From positions 937 through 64,936 of the forward strand of contig CALXRL010000084.1 of assembly GCA_944390735.1 (NCBI GenBank): DNA of 64,000 nt, given 5' to 3'. Position numbers and translations under genes: made by a program. Of this stretch, positions 38,474 to 48,909 are shown piece by piece (position 1 is the first letter of the stretch; the number at the start of each line of letters is the position of its first letter). A model generated the notes under the pieces. It saw nothing but the letters and a program-made list of their open reading frames with translations. It ran no database searches and was not told where the DNA came from. Source of the DNA: an uncultured Victivallales bacterium (GTDB taxonomy: Bacteria > Verrucomicrobiota > Lentisphaeria > Victivallales > UBA1829).

Positions 38474-39598
38474 TCAGCCGGCCGGAGTCTCCCGTGCGTC
38501 GGGATCGGGAAGAGGCAGTCCGGGCAGAACCCGCTTGAGAAAGTTCCGCATGTTCCGCCGGAACACCTCCGGACGGAAGGACTCCGCATGGGTCCGCAGA
38601 AGTTCCGGCTGAAAGGTTTTCGATTCAAACTCCTCGATGGCGGCGCAGAGACTCTGCACATCGGCCTTCGGGAAGAAGAGTCCGGTCTGCGGCGTGACGG
38701 TTTCCAGCGCACCGCCCTTTCCCAGCGCGATGACCGGGGTTCCCGCCGCCTGCGCCTCCAGCGGAACAATACCGAAATCCTCGATTCCCGGAAACAGAAG
38801 CGCCTCCGCCTCCGCGTAGGCCCGTCGCAGGGGTTCCCCTTCGAGTCTTCCCCGGAAACAGATGTTTTTCCCCGCCCGTTTCCGGAGGGCCGGAAGCTGA
38901 TTCCCCTCGCCGACGATCAGAAGACGGCGGTTCATTTTCATGCACGCCTCCAGAGCCAGATCCGCGCGCTTGTAGTCGATCAGCTGACCGACAAACAGAT
39001 AGTATCCTTTTTTCTCATAGGCTCCCTTCCGGAAAAAGGAGACGTCCGCGGGAGGATGGATCACGGTCGACTCCCGGCCGTAGATCCGGCGGATCCGTTC
39101 CGCGACAAAGCGGCTGTTCGCAATGAAATGATCCACCGCGTCGGCGGAACGCAGATCATATCGGCGGAGAGGATCCCGGAAGAGACGCATTGCGATTTTT
39201 CCCGGAATGCCGGTGCTGCGGTAATAGTCGTCGTACATGTCCCACAGATAGCGCATCGGCGTATGACAGTAGCAGATGTGCGTTGCCGATGGAGGTTTCC
39301 GGATTCCCTTCGCCGGACCGGATTCGCTGGAGAGAATCAGATCGTAAGAAGAAAAGTCGAATTGTCTCAGGGCACAGGGCATCAGGGGCAGATAGGACTG
39401 GCAGTTCCGGCGCGCTCCCGGAAGACGGGCGATCAGCGATTCCCGGATGCGGCGACCCTGAAAAAATCGTTCGGCCATCTCTCTGCTGCAGGCATGAGTG
39501 AACAGATCCGCATCGGGAAAGAGTCCGGCAAGTTCCAGCAGAACCTTTTCGCCGCCGCGCAGGTTGGTCAGCCAGTAATGAATCAGTGCGGTTTTCAT
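38474..39598 (-). CDS. GT4-family (GT-B fold) glycosyltransferase
   Basis: N-terminal MKTALIHYWLTNLRGGEKV. C-terminal FPGIEDFGIVPLEAQAAGTPVIA (EX7E-like). Confidence 0.8.
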   Translation of the reverse strand: MKTALIHYWLTNLRGGEKVLLELAGLFPDADLFTHACSREMAERFFQGRRIRESLIARLPGARRNCQSYLPLMPCALRQFDFSSYDLILSSESGPAKGIRKPPSATHICYCHTPMRYLWDMYDDYYRSTGIPGKIAMRLFRDPLRRYDLRSADAVDHFIANSRFVAERIRRIYGRESTVIHPPADVSFFRKGAYEKKGYYLFVGQLIDYKRADLALEACMKMNRRLLIVGEGNQLPALRKRAGKNICFRGRLEGEPLRRAYAEAEALLFPGIEDFGIVPLEAQAAGTPVIALGKGGALETVTPQTGLFFPKADVQSLCAAIEEFESKTFQPELLRTHAESFRPEVFRRNMRNFLKRVLPGLPLPDPDARETPAG

Positions 39599-39612
39599 GA
39601 GGGGAGGATTTC

Positions 39613-41022
39613 CTATCGGGCTCCGCGGCCGATCAGCACTTCAATCACGGTCCGCAGCAGGATGTAGTAGTCCAGCCAGACCGACCAGTTGACCACATAG
39701 TTCACATCCAGACGAACCCGCGTCTCATAATCCAGATTGCTTCGTCCGGAGACCTGCCAGAGGCCCGTGATGCCCGGCTTCACGCGGTTCAGAAGCTCCT
39801 GATTGTCCTTGTAGTAGTGCAGTTCGGCCGTGACAATCGGCCGGGGACCGATCAGGGACATGTCTCCGCGCAGAACATTCAGCAGCTGGGGCAGTTCATC
39901 CAGCGAGCTCTTGCGCAGGAATCTTCCGAACGGCGTCACCCTGGGATCGTGATCCAGCTTGAACTTCTCCCGCCACTCCTTCTGCATTTCCGGATTTTCG
40001 GCCAGCAGGGTGGCCAGACGTTTGTCCGAATTGGTGTACATCGTGCGGAATTTGAGCACGCGGATCGGTTTCCCGCCCAGTCCGAGCCGTTTTGCCCGGT
40101 AGAACACCGGTCCCCGACTCGTCAGCTTCACCAGAACCGCAAGAATGAGAAGCAGCGGACTCAGAGTCAGAATCGCAAAGCCGGAGAGCACCGCTTCAAA
40201 CAGCATCTTCCAGATCCGCGGAACTTTCAGAAGAAGCTGATTGCAGATCTCCACCGAGGCGTAACTGTTCAGAAGATTCACGGGAAACGCCCAGGAGATC
40301 GGCAGAATGTGATTGTCCGGAATGATGGTGATATGACGGAATATCCCGCAGAAGTTGTTGACCACATCCCGGATGATCGTGATGGGAAGCGCACAGATCA
40401 CATAATCCGTATCGGTCTCCTTTGCGACCCTTCCCGCATCGGACAGCGCGCCCAGGACCCGCAGATTCAGATCGGGCGCGATCTCCTTGGGAAAATCATC
40501 CAGAAAACCGACGACCCGGAATCCGAAATGCGAATCCCGGTTCAGTTCCCTTGCAATGCGCTGTCCCGTGGCGCTGGCTCCCGCGATCAGCACGGGCATC
40601 TGCCCCAGATTCAGCACCTTCAGAATCCGGCGCAGGACAATCCGGAAGAGCGGCAGCAGAAACACCGTCGCCCCCCAGCTGGAAACCAGGATCAGACGCG
40701 AGTATCCCCCCGTCTGCCGAGTCATGAACATCCAGAAGAAAATCACAAAATAGGTCAGGGAGACGGAGTAGAAAATCTTTCTCAGCTCCTCCACCGGGTC
40801 CAGTGCCGCCCCCGGATAGAAGATGTTTCCATGATACAGATGCCCCACCGTGCAGAAGCAGAGCAGCGCAAAACAGCACGGCCACAGCCGTGTGTAGAGA
40901 GCCATCCCCTCCTCGTTCACTCCCAGCAGAATGTAAAGGTAGGACATCGCAAACAGAACCAGCAGAAAGCACAGCACATCGGACAGCATCAGACAAAATA
41001 CCCGCAACCGAACCTGATTCAT
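39613..41022 (-). CDS. Polyprenyl-phosphate hexose-1-phosphate transferase (WbaP/exopolysaccharide priming sugar transferase)
   Basis: N-terminal TM helices. C-terminal bacterial sugar-transferase block SLDELPQLLNVLRGDMSLIGPRP. 14 nt upstream of the GT4 gene. Confidence 0.85.
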   Translation of the reverse strand: MNQVRLRVFCLMLSDVLCFLLVLFAMSYLYILLGVNEEGMALYTRLWPCCFALLCFCTVGHLYHGNIFYPGAALDPVEELRKIFYSVSLTYFVIFFWMFMTRQTGGYSRLILVSSWGATVFLLPLFRIVLRRILKVLNLGQMPVLIAGASATGQRIARELNRDSHFGFRVVGFLDDFPKEIAPDLNLRVLGALSDAGRVAKETDTDYVICALPITIIRDVVNNFCGIFRHITIIPDNHILPISWAFPVNLLNSYASVEICNQLLLKVPRIWKMLFEAVLSGFAILTLSPLLLILAVLVKLTSRGPVFYRAKRLGLGGKPIRVLKFRTMYTNSDKRLATLLAENPEMQKEWREKFKLDHDPRVTPFGRFLRKSSLDELPQLLNVLRGDMSLIGPRPIVTAELHYYKDNQELLNRVKPGITGLWQVSGRSNLDYETRVRLDVNYVVNWSVWLDYYILLRTVIEVLIGRGAR

Positions 41023-41332
41023 CCAACGCTCTCCCGCTTATCACCAAACGACTCCATGCACCGCACCCTGGAACTCGCAGACCCTCTTATCAACACTCTC
41101 CGGGGGTTAATATATCTTCCTTCTCCTGTTTTTCAATGAGAACGGGAAGAAAGTTATGGGATATTGCCCCCGTCCTCCCGGATGCCGGGAAAAACGTCAC
41201 TTCCCGCCGGGAAAATCAAAATCCGTGATAATTCAAGAAAAAAAACAAAAAAATCAAAGGTTTTCCGGCAAAAGAACGGTAGATTAATTTCGAGATCCAT
41301 GAAAGAGAAAACCGCAAACAGGAGGAAGTCTC

Positions 41333-42640
41333 ATGGAATACTATGTGGAACCGGAACGGAAAATCGAAATCGTGGAACAGGCGGATGTGCTGGTCATCGG
41401 CAGCGGACCCGCCGGATTCGCCGCGGCGCTCGGCGCGGCGCGGAACGGAATGAAAACCGTGCTTGTCGAACAATTCAACTGCATCGGCGGAATGGCCACC
41501 AGCGGAATGATGTCGCACTTCACCGGAGCGACGGATTCGCCGATCTTTGAAGAGGCCGTTGCACGCTGCCGCAAGGAGAAGGCCGGCATCTTCACCGAGG
41601 GGCAGGGCGCCGGAAAACAGCAGATCAATCATGAGATTCTCAAGAAAGTCATGCTTGACATGGTGGTGGAGGCGGGAATCATCCTGAAGCTCTACACCTT
41701 TGCCTGCGATGCGATCATGGAAGGCAACCGGATCCGGGGGGTCATCATTGAGAGCAAGTCCGGCAGACAGGCAATTCTTGCCAAGGTCGTCATTGACGCA
41801 AGCGGCGACGGCGACATCGCCGCCAGAGCCGGCGCGGAGTTCCAGCTCGGGCGCGAAGGCGACTCCAAGTGCCAGCCGGTCACGCTGATGTTCCGTATCG
41901 GCGGCGTCGACTACTCCCGTGCAATCCTTCCTCCCAGCTTTGAAACCACAGTGCAGGTTCCCGCCGGAGAGATTCAGGCCCTTGCCAGAAAGCATCTCAA
42001 AGCTCCCGCCGGTCATGTTCTGCTCTACTCCACCTGGATTCCCGGCGAGGTCTGCGTCAACATGACGAACGCCACCGACATCAACGGCGCCGACGCCGAT
42101 GATCTGACAAAAGCGGAAATCATCACCCGGCAGCAGATGTGCGACATCGTCCTCTTCCTGCGCGAATTCGCGCCCGGATACGAGCACTGCTACCTTGTGA
42201 CATCCGCCCAGAACGTTGGCGTGCGCGAAACCCGGCATTTCAAGGGACTTTACACGATCACGGCGGAGGATATCGTCGAAGCGCGCGTGTTCGATGACTG
42301 GATCGCCACCCGCAACCGGTTCAATTTTGACATTCACAACGTCGAGGGATCCGGTCTTGACAAAAACGGTGCGCAGAAGTATTTCCGCGACAAGGGCCAG
42401 TACACCATTCCCTATCGCGCCTGCGTTCCGGAGAAAATCGACGGCCTTCTGCTTTCCGGCAGAAACATTTCTGGCACGCACAAGGCGCACTCCAATTTCC
42501 GCGTCATGCCGATCTGCATGAATGTCGGACTCGGGGTCGGAACGGCCGCCGCGGTGGCCGTGAAGGATCATGTGCTTCCGAGAAATGTCGATGTGAAGAA
42601 AGTTCAGGCGCTTTTGGAAAAACAGGGGGTTTCTCTCTGA
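41333..42640 (+). CDS. FAD-dependent oxidoreductase (FAD_oxidored-type), no signal peptide
   Basis: ADVLVIGSGPAGFAAALGAARNG dinucleotide fold. AGGAGG 6 nt upstream of ATG 41333. Confidence 0.8.
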   Translation: MEYYVEPERKIEIVEQADVLVIGSGPAGFAAALGAARNGMKTVLVEQFNCIGGMATSGMMSHFTGATDSPIFEEAVARCRKEKAGIFTEGQGAGKQQINHEILKKVMLDMVVEAGIILKLYTFACDAIMEGNRIRGVIIESKSGRQAILAKVVIDASGDGDIAARAGAEFQLGREGDSKCQPVTLMFRIGGVDYSRAILPPSFETTVQVPAGEIQALARKHLKAPAGHVLLYSTWIPGEVCVNMTNATDINGADADDLTKAEIITRQQMCDIVLFLREFAPGYEHCYLVTSAQNVGVRETRHFKGLYTITAEDIVEARVFDDWIATRNRFNFDIHNVEGSGLDKNGAQKYFRDKGQYTIPYRACVPEKIDGLLLSGRNISGTHKAHSNFRVMPICMNVGLGVGTAAAVAVKDHVLPRNVDVKKVQALLEKQGVSL

Positions 42641-42670
42641 CCTTGAGAATCCGTTCCCTTTTTCCTTTCC

Positions 42671-42709
42671 GCCGCATCCGGAATTCCGCCGGATGCGGCA
42701 TTCTTTTTT
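42671..42709 (+). terminator. Rho-independent terminator after the FAD oxidoreductase gene
   Basis: Stem GCCGCAUCCGG(42671-42681)/CCGGAUGCGGC(42689-42699), 7-nt loop, then AUUCUUUUUU. Confidence 0.6.
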
Positions 42710-42808
42710 CCGCGAAATCCCGGACGGATTTGTTTTCTTCCGAAAAGGGGATATAGTAGACGGTGGTTCCAAAAGAAAACCATTCGGATTCAGAAAAAAG
42801 GAGACACT

Positions 42809-44023
42809 ATGCAGGAACGTTTCAAATGGTTTCAGGAGGCCCGGTACGGACTTTTCATTCACTGGGGTGCGTATTCGCAGGCGGCGCGCGGAGAATGGGT
42901 GATGAACCGGGAGCGCATTCCGCTGGAAGAGTACCGGAATTGTTATGTGAAGTCGTTCAAGGCGGAACACTACGATCCGGCGGACTGGATGAAAAAAGCC
43001 CTCCGCTGGGGCATGAAATACGCGGTTCTCACCACACGCCACCATGACGGATTCGCGCTGTGGGATTCGAAGGTCAACCCTTTCAACGCGATGAATCTGG
43101 GGCCCGGGCGTGACCTTGTTGCCCCGTATGTGAAGGCGGTCCGGGAAGCCGGACTCAAGGTCGGACTCTACTACTCCCCCGCCTCCTGGACGCATCCGGA
43201 CTATCCCGGAGCGTATTTCCGCGACTGGCCCGGCGAAAAGGACTGGAAAAGCGAAGCTCACCGCAGACGTTTCATTGAATATTACCGGGCGGAATTGAAA
43301 GAGCTGATGACCGGATACGGTAAAATCGACTATCTCTGGTTCGACGGCTGTATTCCGGAAAACATAGACGGCGGGGAGACCATCGCCATGCTCCGGGAGC
43401 TTCAGCCGGAAATGCTGATAAACAACCGCCTGGGAAGCCCGTTCGACATCAAGGTCTGCGAACAGACCATCAATCCCGCTGCTCCGGGACAGGCCTGGGA
43501 GGCCTGCATGACGCTCAACGACAACTGGGGCTATCATGCCGGCGACCGTTCCTGGAAAAATCCCGCCGCGGTGGTCTCCATGCTCATGACCTGTGCCCGA
43601 AGCTCCGGCAATCTTCTTCTGAATGTCGGTCCGAAAGCCGACGGAACCATTCCGGAGGAGTCCGTGAGAATTCTGGACGCCGTCGGCGACTGGCTCAAAC
43701 GGAACCGGGAGGCGATCACCGACACGGAGCGCAGTCCGTTCACCTGGAATAATACGGCGCGTCTGATTACCGTGAAAGGGAACCGGATCTACCTTGTCTT
43801 TGAACATGAACCGGGCAGAGAATTCTGCTGGAGCGAACTGAAGAATCCTCTTCTGCGCGCATGGTGGCTGGATGACGGCACTCCGATCCGTTTCCGTCAG
43901 GAGGCGGATCGACTGTTTCTTCTGGATCTTCCGCCGGATCTTTCGCTCCGGACCGCGGTCCTGGAGGTGGAGGGAAAACCCGAACCGCTGACCGCCCAGA
44001 CGACCTTCTGGATCCCGGAATGA
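42809..44023 (+). CDS. GH29 alpha-L-fucosidase, no signal peptide
   Basis: WFQEARYGLFIHWGAYS, TTRHHDGFALWDS, nucleophile region IDYLWFDG. AAGGAG at 42798-42803. Confidence 0.85.
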   Translation: MQERFKWFQEARYGLFIHWGAYSQAARGEWVMNRERIPLEEYRNCYVKSFKAEHYDPADWMKKALRWGMKYAVLTTRHHDGFALWDSKVNPFNAMNLGPGRDLVAPYVKAVREAGLKVGLYYSPASWTHPDYPGAYFRDWPGEKDWKSEAHRRRFIEYYRAELKELMTGYGKIDYLWFDGCIPENIDGGETIAMLRELQPEMLINNRLGSPFDIKVCEQTINPAAPGQAWEACMTLNDNWGYHAGDRSWKNPAAVVSMLMTCARSSGNLLLNVGPKADGTIPEESVRILDAVGDWLKRNREAITDTERSPFTWNNTARLITVKGNRIYLVFEHEPGREFCWSELKNPLLRAWWLDDGTPIRFRQEADRLFLLDLPPDLSLRTAVLEVEGKPEPLTAQTTFWIPE

Positions 44024-44235
44024 TCCCGGAAGAACGGAAAAAGACCTCCCGGCGCCGATGTGTTCGGAATCGGGAGGAGTCTTCCGTGAAAAAGCTCACA
44101 GTGCTCCTGCGTGCTCCCGGGGGCCTCCCGTGAAAAAAAACGGCGGAAGGATATTTGTTCCTCAAACCGTTTCACAGCAGAATTCCCGGGGGGAAAAAGA
44201 GGGAAAATCAGGTGGAAATAAATCCCCGCAACTCC

Positions 44236-44264
44236 TTGATTTTTCCATACAAATGGACTACATT
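44236..44264 (+). promoter_or_regulatory. Candidate promoter of the rnf operon
   Basis: TTGATT(44236-44241), 17 nt, TACATT(44259-44264). Weak match. Confidence 0.25.
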
Positions 44265-44325
44265 AAGAAATATTTGTTCTGATCTTTCATCATCATACAT
44301 AACAACCTCAAAGGAGAGATATGGT

Positions 44326-44943
44326 ATGAGCCTGAACGAATGGCTGGTCATCACCATTGGCGCCATCCTTGTGAACAACATGGTACTGGCGAGGATCCTT
44401 GGAATCTGTCCGTTTCTGGGCGTTTCCAAAAAACTGTCAACGGCACTGGGGATGTCCGGCGCATTGATTTTCGTCATGACGCTGGCTTCGTTTGCTGCGT
44501 CGGTGCTGTACAACTGCCTGATTTCGGTCAAGCACAGCATACCCGCGCTGGGACTCCGGAATGTGGACATCAGTTTCACAAGAATCCTGCTGTTCATCGT
44601 GGTGATTGCCGCGCTGGTGCAGCTGGTGGAGATCATCATGCAGAAGTTCAGTCCGACTCTGTACGGGGCGCTCGGCATCTATCTGCCGCTGATCACGACC
44701 AACTGCTGCGTGCTGGGAGCCGCGGAACTGAATGTCAATGCGAATCGGACGGTGCTCGGTTCCACGGTGTTCGGACTCTGTTCCGGGATCGGATTCGCCA
44801 TTGCGGTGATTCTTTTTGCCAGTCTGCGTGAACGGCTGGAGCTCTCGAAGATCCCGCGACCGTTCCAGGGGGCGGCGATCGCCCTGATTACGGCCGGCAT
44901 TCTGGCGATGGCGTTCATGGGATTCTCCGGACTTGTCAAATAA
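44326..44943 (+). CDS. rnfA: Rnf electron-transport complex subunit A
   Basis: Start ATG 44326 (AAGGAG at 44311-44316). VNNMVLARILGICPFLGVS motif. About 6 TM helices. Confidence 0.85.
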   Translation: MSLNEWLVITIGAILVNNMVLARILGICPFLGVSKKLSTALGMSGALIFVMTLASFAASVLYNCLISVKHSIPALGLRNVDISFTRILLFIVVIAALVQLVEIIMQKFSPTLYGALGIYLPLITTNCCVLGAAELNVNANRTVLGSTVFGLCSGIGFAIAVILFASLRERLELSKIPRPFQGAAIALITAGILAMAFMGFSGLVK

Positions 44944-44955
44944 GAAAGGATTGAA

Positions 44956-45798
44956 ATGGATACCATTATCTTGTCGGTGATTGTCGTAGGAATTACGGGA
45001 ATGGTGCTCGGGGCGTTCATCGCCGTGGCCGCCAAGAAGTTCGCGGTCGAGCTGGATCCCAGAATTGACGAAGTGGCGGGAATGCTTCCCGGAGCGAACT
45101 GCGGCGGATGCGGATTCGCGGGATGTTCCGATCTGGCAAAAAACATTGTGGAGGGTAAGGCCCCCGCGGGACGATGCCCCGTCTGCGCGGCGGAGACCGT
45201 GGAAAAAATTGCCGCCTATCTCGGTCAGGCGGCGGAAAAGAAGGAAAAAATGGTCGCCGTGGTGCTTTGCAGCGGCACTCTTTCCAATTCCAAAATGGCG
45301 GCCGGTTACAACGGTGTGCTCGACTGCCGGTCCGCGAATCTTCTGAACGGGGGCGGAAAAGCCTGCCGTTTCGGCTGCATCGGATTCGGAACATGTGCCC
45401 GCACCTGTAAATTCGGGGCCATTGAAGTGATCGACGGACTTGCCGTGGTGCATCCGGAACTCTGTGTGGGTTGCGGCCAGTGCGCGGAGATCTGTCCGCG
45501 GAAAATGATTAAACTGGTGCCCGCGGCGGCTCCGGTTCATGTGTACTGCAACTCGCTGGAAAAACCGGTCCTGCGGCGGAAAAAGTGTGCGGGAGCGTGC
45601 ATCTCCTGCCGGAAATGCGTCAAGGCCGAGCCGGAAAAAATGTCCAGTCAGGGCTTTATGGTCCGGGTCAACTACTCGAATGCGCCCGACGCCTCCATTG
45701 TTGAAAAGGCGCAGTGTCCCGCAAAATGTCTGCTTACTCCCGAGGAACACCTGAAGGCGGTTCGGGATGGAATCAAAAAGAACGAAGGTGCGGCATGA
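44956..45798 (+). CDS. rnfB: Rnf complex subunit B (polyferredoxin)
   Basis: N-terminal TM anchor, CGGCGFAGC cluster, several CxxCxxCxxxCP 4Fe-4S motifs. Confidence 0.85.
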   Translation: MDTIILSVIVVGITGMVLGAFIAVAAKKFAVELDPRIDEVAGMLPGANCGGCGFAGCSDLAKNIVEGKAPAGRCPVCAAETVEKIAAYLGQAAEKKEKMVAVVLCSGTLSNSKMAAGYNGVLDCRSANLLNGGGKACRFGCIGFGTCARTCKFGAIEVIDGLAVVHPELCVGCGQCAEICPRKMIKLVPAAAPVHVYCNSLEKPVLRRKKCAGACISCRKCVKAEPEKMSSQGFMVRVNYSNAPDASIVEKAQCPAKCLLTPEEHLKAVRDGIKKNEGAA

Positions 45799-47126
45799 AC
45801 TCAACACAGAAAGTTGTAAAGTTCCGCGGAGGCGTGCATCCGCGGGAAGGCAAGGAGCTCACGGCATCCAGGGAACTGCGGATCGCCCCTCTGCTTGAAA
45901 AATACATTGTCCCGATCCGTCAGAGCATCGGCGCGCCGCCGACGCTCTGTGTCAAAAAAGGCGATGCGGTCAAAAAAGGACAGCGCATTGCGGAACCCGG
46001 CGGATTCGTTTCGGTTCCGCTGCACTCCCCCACCAGCGGAACGGTCGGAGATGTGGTGGAAATCATCGGGGTGACCGGCGCGGCGGAACAGGCGGTGGAG
46101 ATCATCGCCGACGGTCAGGATGAATGGGGCGCCGGACTCGATCCCATACCGAACTGGGAGAACACCGACAGGGAGCTGCTCAAGAAACGCATCCTCGACG
46201 CCGGAATCGTCGGAATGGGCGGCGCGGCGTTTCCGACTCACGTCAAACTCTCTCCTCCGCCGGAAAAGAACATCGACACCCTCATCATCAACGGAGCCGA
46301 GTGCGAGCCGTATCTGACCGCCGACCATCGTCTCATGCTGGACCGGGGCGAAGCCGCGCTGATCGGAGCATCCATTGCCGCGAAAATCCTGAAAGTCGAC
46401 CGCGTCTTTGTCGGCATCGAGGAGAACAAGCCGGATGCCATTCAGAAAATGACGGAGCTTGCCTCCAAGTATAAAATCAACGTGGTTCCCCTCCGCGTCC
46501 GCTATCCGCAGGGAGCGGAGAAGCAGCTGATCTACGCGCTGACCGGACGCAAGGTGGTGGAAGGCGGGCTTCCGATGGATGTCGGCTGTGTCGTCATGAA
46601 CGTCGGAACCGCGGCGGCGGTGCACAACGCCGTTGTGCTCGGCGAGCCGCTGATCGAACGGATCACAACGGTGACGGGCAGTCCGGTGGCCGATCCGGCG
46701 AACTTCCTGTTCCGCATCGGAACGCCGATCCGCAAGGCCCTGGAGCTCTGCGGCGGAGTCACAACACCTCCCGCCAAGGTCATCATGGGCGGTCCGATGA
46801 TGGGGTTTGCCCAGTCGAACATTGAGGTGCCGATCACGAAGAACTCCTCGGGCGTTCTGCTGATGGCGCCGGAAGAGGTGGAACAGTTCATGGGAAATCC
46901 GTGCATCCGGTGCGGCCGCTGCGTGGCCGCCTGTCCGATGAATCTGCTGATTCCGCAGCTGAGCGTGATGGTCGAGGCAGAGAAATTCGACATGGCGGAG
47001 CACAACTATGTGATGGACTGCATGGAATGCGGGATCTGCGCATACGTCTGTCCCGCGAAGCGGCCGCTGGTGCAGCACTTCCGCAGGGCCAAAGCTGAAA
47101 TCCTCGCCAAACGGCGCAAAAAATAA
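45795..47126 (+). CDS. rnfC: Rnf complex subunit C
   Basis: ATG 45795 overlaps the rnfB stop (ATGA). GMGGAAFPTHVKL. Two ferredoxin motifs, CIRCGRCVAACP and CMECGICAYVCP. Confidence 0.9.
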   Translation: MNSTQKVVKFRGGVHPREGKELTASRELRIAPLLEKYIVPIRQSIGAPPTLCVKKGDAVKKGQRIAEPGGFVSVPLHSPTSGTVGDVVEIIGVTGAAEQAVEIIADGQDEWGAGLDPIPNWENTDRELLKKRILDAGIVGMGGAAFPTHVKLSPPPEKNIDTLIINGAECEPYLTADHRLMLDRGEAALIGASIAAKILKVDRVFVGIEENKPDAIQKMTELASKYKINVVPLRVRYPQGAEKQLIYALTGRKVVEGGLPMDVGCVVMNVGTAAAVHNAVVLGEPLIERITTVTGSPVADPANFLFRIGTPIRKALELCGGVTTPPAKVIMGGPMMGFAQSNIEVPITKNSSGVLLMAPEEVEQFMGNPCIRCGRCVAACPMNLLIPQLSVMVEAEKFDMAEHNYVMDCMECGICAYVCPAKRPLVQHFRRAKAEILAKRRKK

Positions 47127-47138
47127 GGTGAATAGAGA

Positions 47139-48233
47139 ATGAGTGAAGAAAACAATACAGTGAAATTGCCGGAGCCGGGGAGCCTCATTGTAAGTTCCTC
47201 TCCGCACCTGCATGAAAATTCCAGCATCTCGAAGATCATGCTTCAGGTTCTGCTGTGCCTTCTGCCGGCGGTGCTTGCGGCGGTATGGTTCTTCGGCCTT
47301 CCCGCGCTGAAGGTCATGGTCTACTGCGTGGCATTCTGCATGCTGCTTGAATATCTCTGGTGCCGTCTGATGAAACAGAAGTCGACGCTCTGCGACTTCA
47401 GCGCGGCGGTGACGGGTCTGATTCTGGCACTGAATCTTCCGTCGCATTCGCAGTGGTGGCTGTGCGCGGTCGGATCGTTTGTCGCGATCATCATTGCCAA
47501 GCAGGTGTTCGGCGGACTCGGACAGAATCCGTTCAATCCGGCGGCGGTGGGCCGTGTCGCTCTTCTGATCGGCTTCACGGGCCCGATGACGACGCAGTGG
47601 GTCGCCCCCACGCCGGGAGCATTCGTCGGAGCCTTCGACGCCGTGACCACGGCGACCCCGCTGACCCTGGCAAAAGCCGGAGCGTTTCAGGCGACCACCT
47701 CGGCAACTCCGCTGTCGGTCGCCAAGAACTGCGCGGAAAACGTGGATCCGTTTGCGGCGCTCCAGACCGCGGACAGCTACTGGAACTATTTCATCGGGAA
47801 CATGGGCGGATCGCTCGGAGAGACGTCGGCGCTGGCCATTCTGATCGGTGCGATCGGGCTGCTTGCCTTCCGGCTGATCCGCTGGGAGATCCCGGTGGCG
47901 GTTCTCGGAACGATGGCGATCTTCACCTGGATCGTTCACACGACGTCCCCGTCGACGACGCCGGGTCCGCTCTTCCATCTGCTCACGGGCGGAGCGATGA
48001 TCGGCGCGTTCTTCATGGCGACCGATATGGTGACCTCTCCCCTGACCCGCCGCGGCTGTGTGATCTTCGGCGCGGGCATCGGGATCATCACCTGCGTGAT
48101 CCGCATCTGGGGCGGATTCCCCGAGGGAATGAGCTTTGCGATCGTGATTATGAACGCGCTTGTTCCGCTGATTGACCGCTTCTGTTTCAAACGTCCGTTC
48201 GGATGGACACACGCTTCCGGAGGTGCAAAATGA
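47139..48233 (+). CDS. rnfD: Rnf complex subunit D
   Basis: SSPHLH N-terminus, polytopic, NqrB/RnfD-like ATDMVTSP region. Confidence 0.9.
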   Translation: MSEENNTVKLPEPGSLIVSSSPHLHENSSISKIMLQVLLCLLPAVLAAVWFFGLPALKVMVYCVAFCMLLEYLWCRLMKQKSTLCDFSAAVTGLILALNLPSHSQWWLCAVGSFVAIIIAKQVFGGLGQNPFNPAAVGRVALLIGFTGPMTTQWVAPTPGAFVGAFDAVTTATPLTLAKAGAFQATTSATPLSVAKNCAENVDPFAALQTADSYWNYFIGNMGGSLGETSALAILIGAIGLLAFRLIRWEIPVAVLGTMAIFTWIVHTTSPSTTPGPLFHLLTGGAMIGAFFMATDMVTSPLTRRGCVIFGAGIGIITCVIRIWGGFPEGMSFAIVIMNALVPLIDRFCFKRPFGWTHASGGAK

Positions 48234-48907
48234 GTGCTCCGAAAAAAATCAGTATCGTATATCTGGCATTTTTTCTCTGCGTAATCTGTGCCGTTGCGAC
48301 GGCGGCTCTGGCGTTCGTGGCGGAAAAGACGGCCGCCCCCATCGCCAAGGCGAAGGAGGCCAAGGTGTTCAACGGCCTTAAAACCGTGCTGCCCCCGTTC
48401 GACAACGATCTTGTGAAAACCAAACAGAGTTTCAAGAGCTCCAGCGGAAACGAAGTCGACTTCTATACCGCCCGGAAAAACGGAAAAGTGGTCGGTTACG
48501 CCGCGCAGGCGGCCGTCGGCTACGGCTACGGCGGACGGGTGGAAGGACTCATCGGACTTTCCCCGGAAGGAAAAGTTACAAACTACATCATCTCCTCCCA
48601 CAGCGAGACGCCGGGACTCGGAACCCGTGTCACCGACCGGAAGGAGATCAAAACCATCTTTAATCTCGGCAGGAAAAAGGAGGATTCCAAGCTGCCCCCG
48701 AATGCGATTCTCGATCAGTACATCGGTCATTCGCTCACCAAAGGGGATTCCTGGAAGAAGCGGCCCTGGGCGTTGAAAAAGAACGGCGGGGAAGCGGAAC
48801 ATGTCACGGGGGCGACGATCAGTTCGAACGCCGCCTGCGGCATCGCCTGGGAAGCGGTCTCCACATTCAAGGAACACAGATCCGAGATTCTGAAGGGAGG
48901 AAAATAA
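48230..48907 (+). CDS. rnfG: Rnf complex subunit G (FMN-binding)
   Basis: ATG 48230 overlaps the rnfD stop (ATGA). N-terminal TM anchor. FMN attachment motif VTGATISS. Confidence 0.85.
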   Translation: MSAPKKISIVYLAFFLCVICAVATAALAFVAEKTAAPIAKAKEAKVFNGLKTVLPPFDNDLVKTKQSFKSSSGNEVDFYTARKNGKVVGYAAQAAVGYGYGGRVEGLIGLSPEGKVTNYIISSHSETPGLGTRVTDRKEIKTIFNLGRKKEDSKLPPNAILDQYIGHSLTKGDSWKKRPWALKKNGGEAEHVTGATISSNAACGIAWEAVSTFKEHRSEILKGGK

Positions 48908-48909
48908 CC

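Noticed and set aside
41216-43807. 863-codon ORF on the minus strand spanning the FAD oxidoreductase, an intergenic terminator and GH29.
   Set aside because: It is antisense to two genes with clear family motifs. Its composition is extremely rich in R/G/P/H/V and it has no recognisable motif or RBS. Long stop-free antisense frames are expected from the codon bias of this GC-rich genome.
45801-48212. 803-codon minus-strand ORF opposite rnfC/rnfD.
   Set aside because: Same reasoning. The plus-strand Rnf subunits have diagnostic motifs, and the antisense product is low-complexity R/H/D/G-rich.
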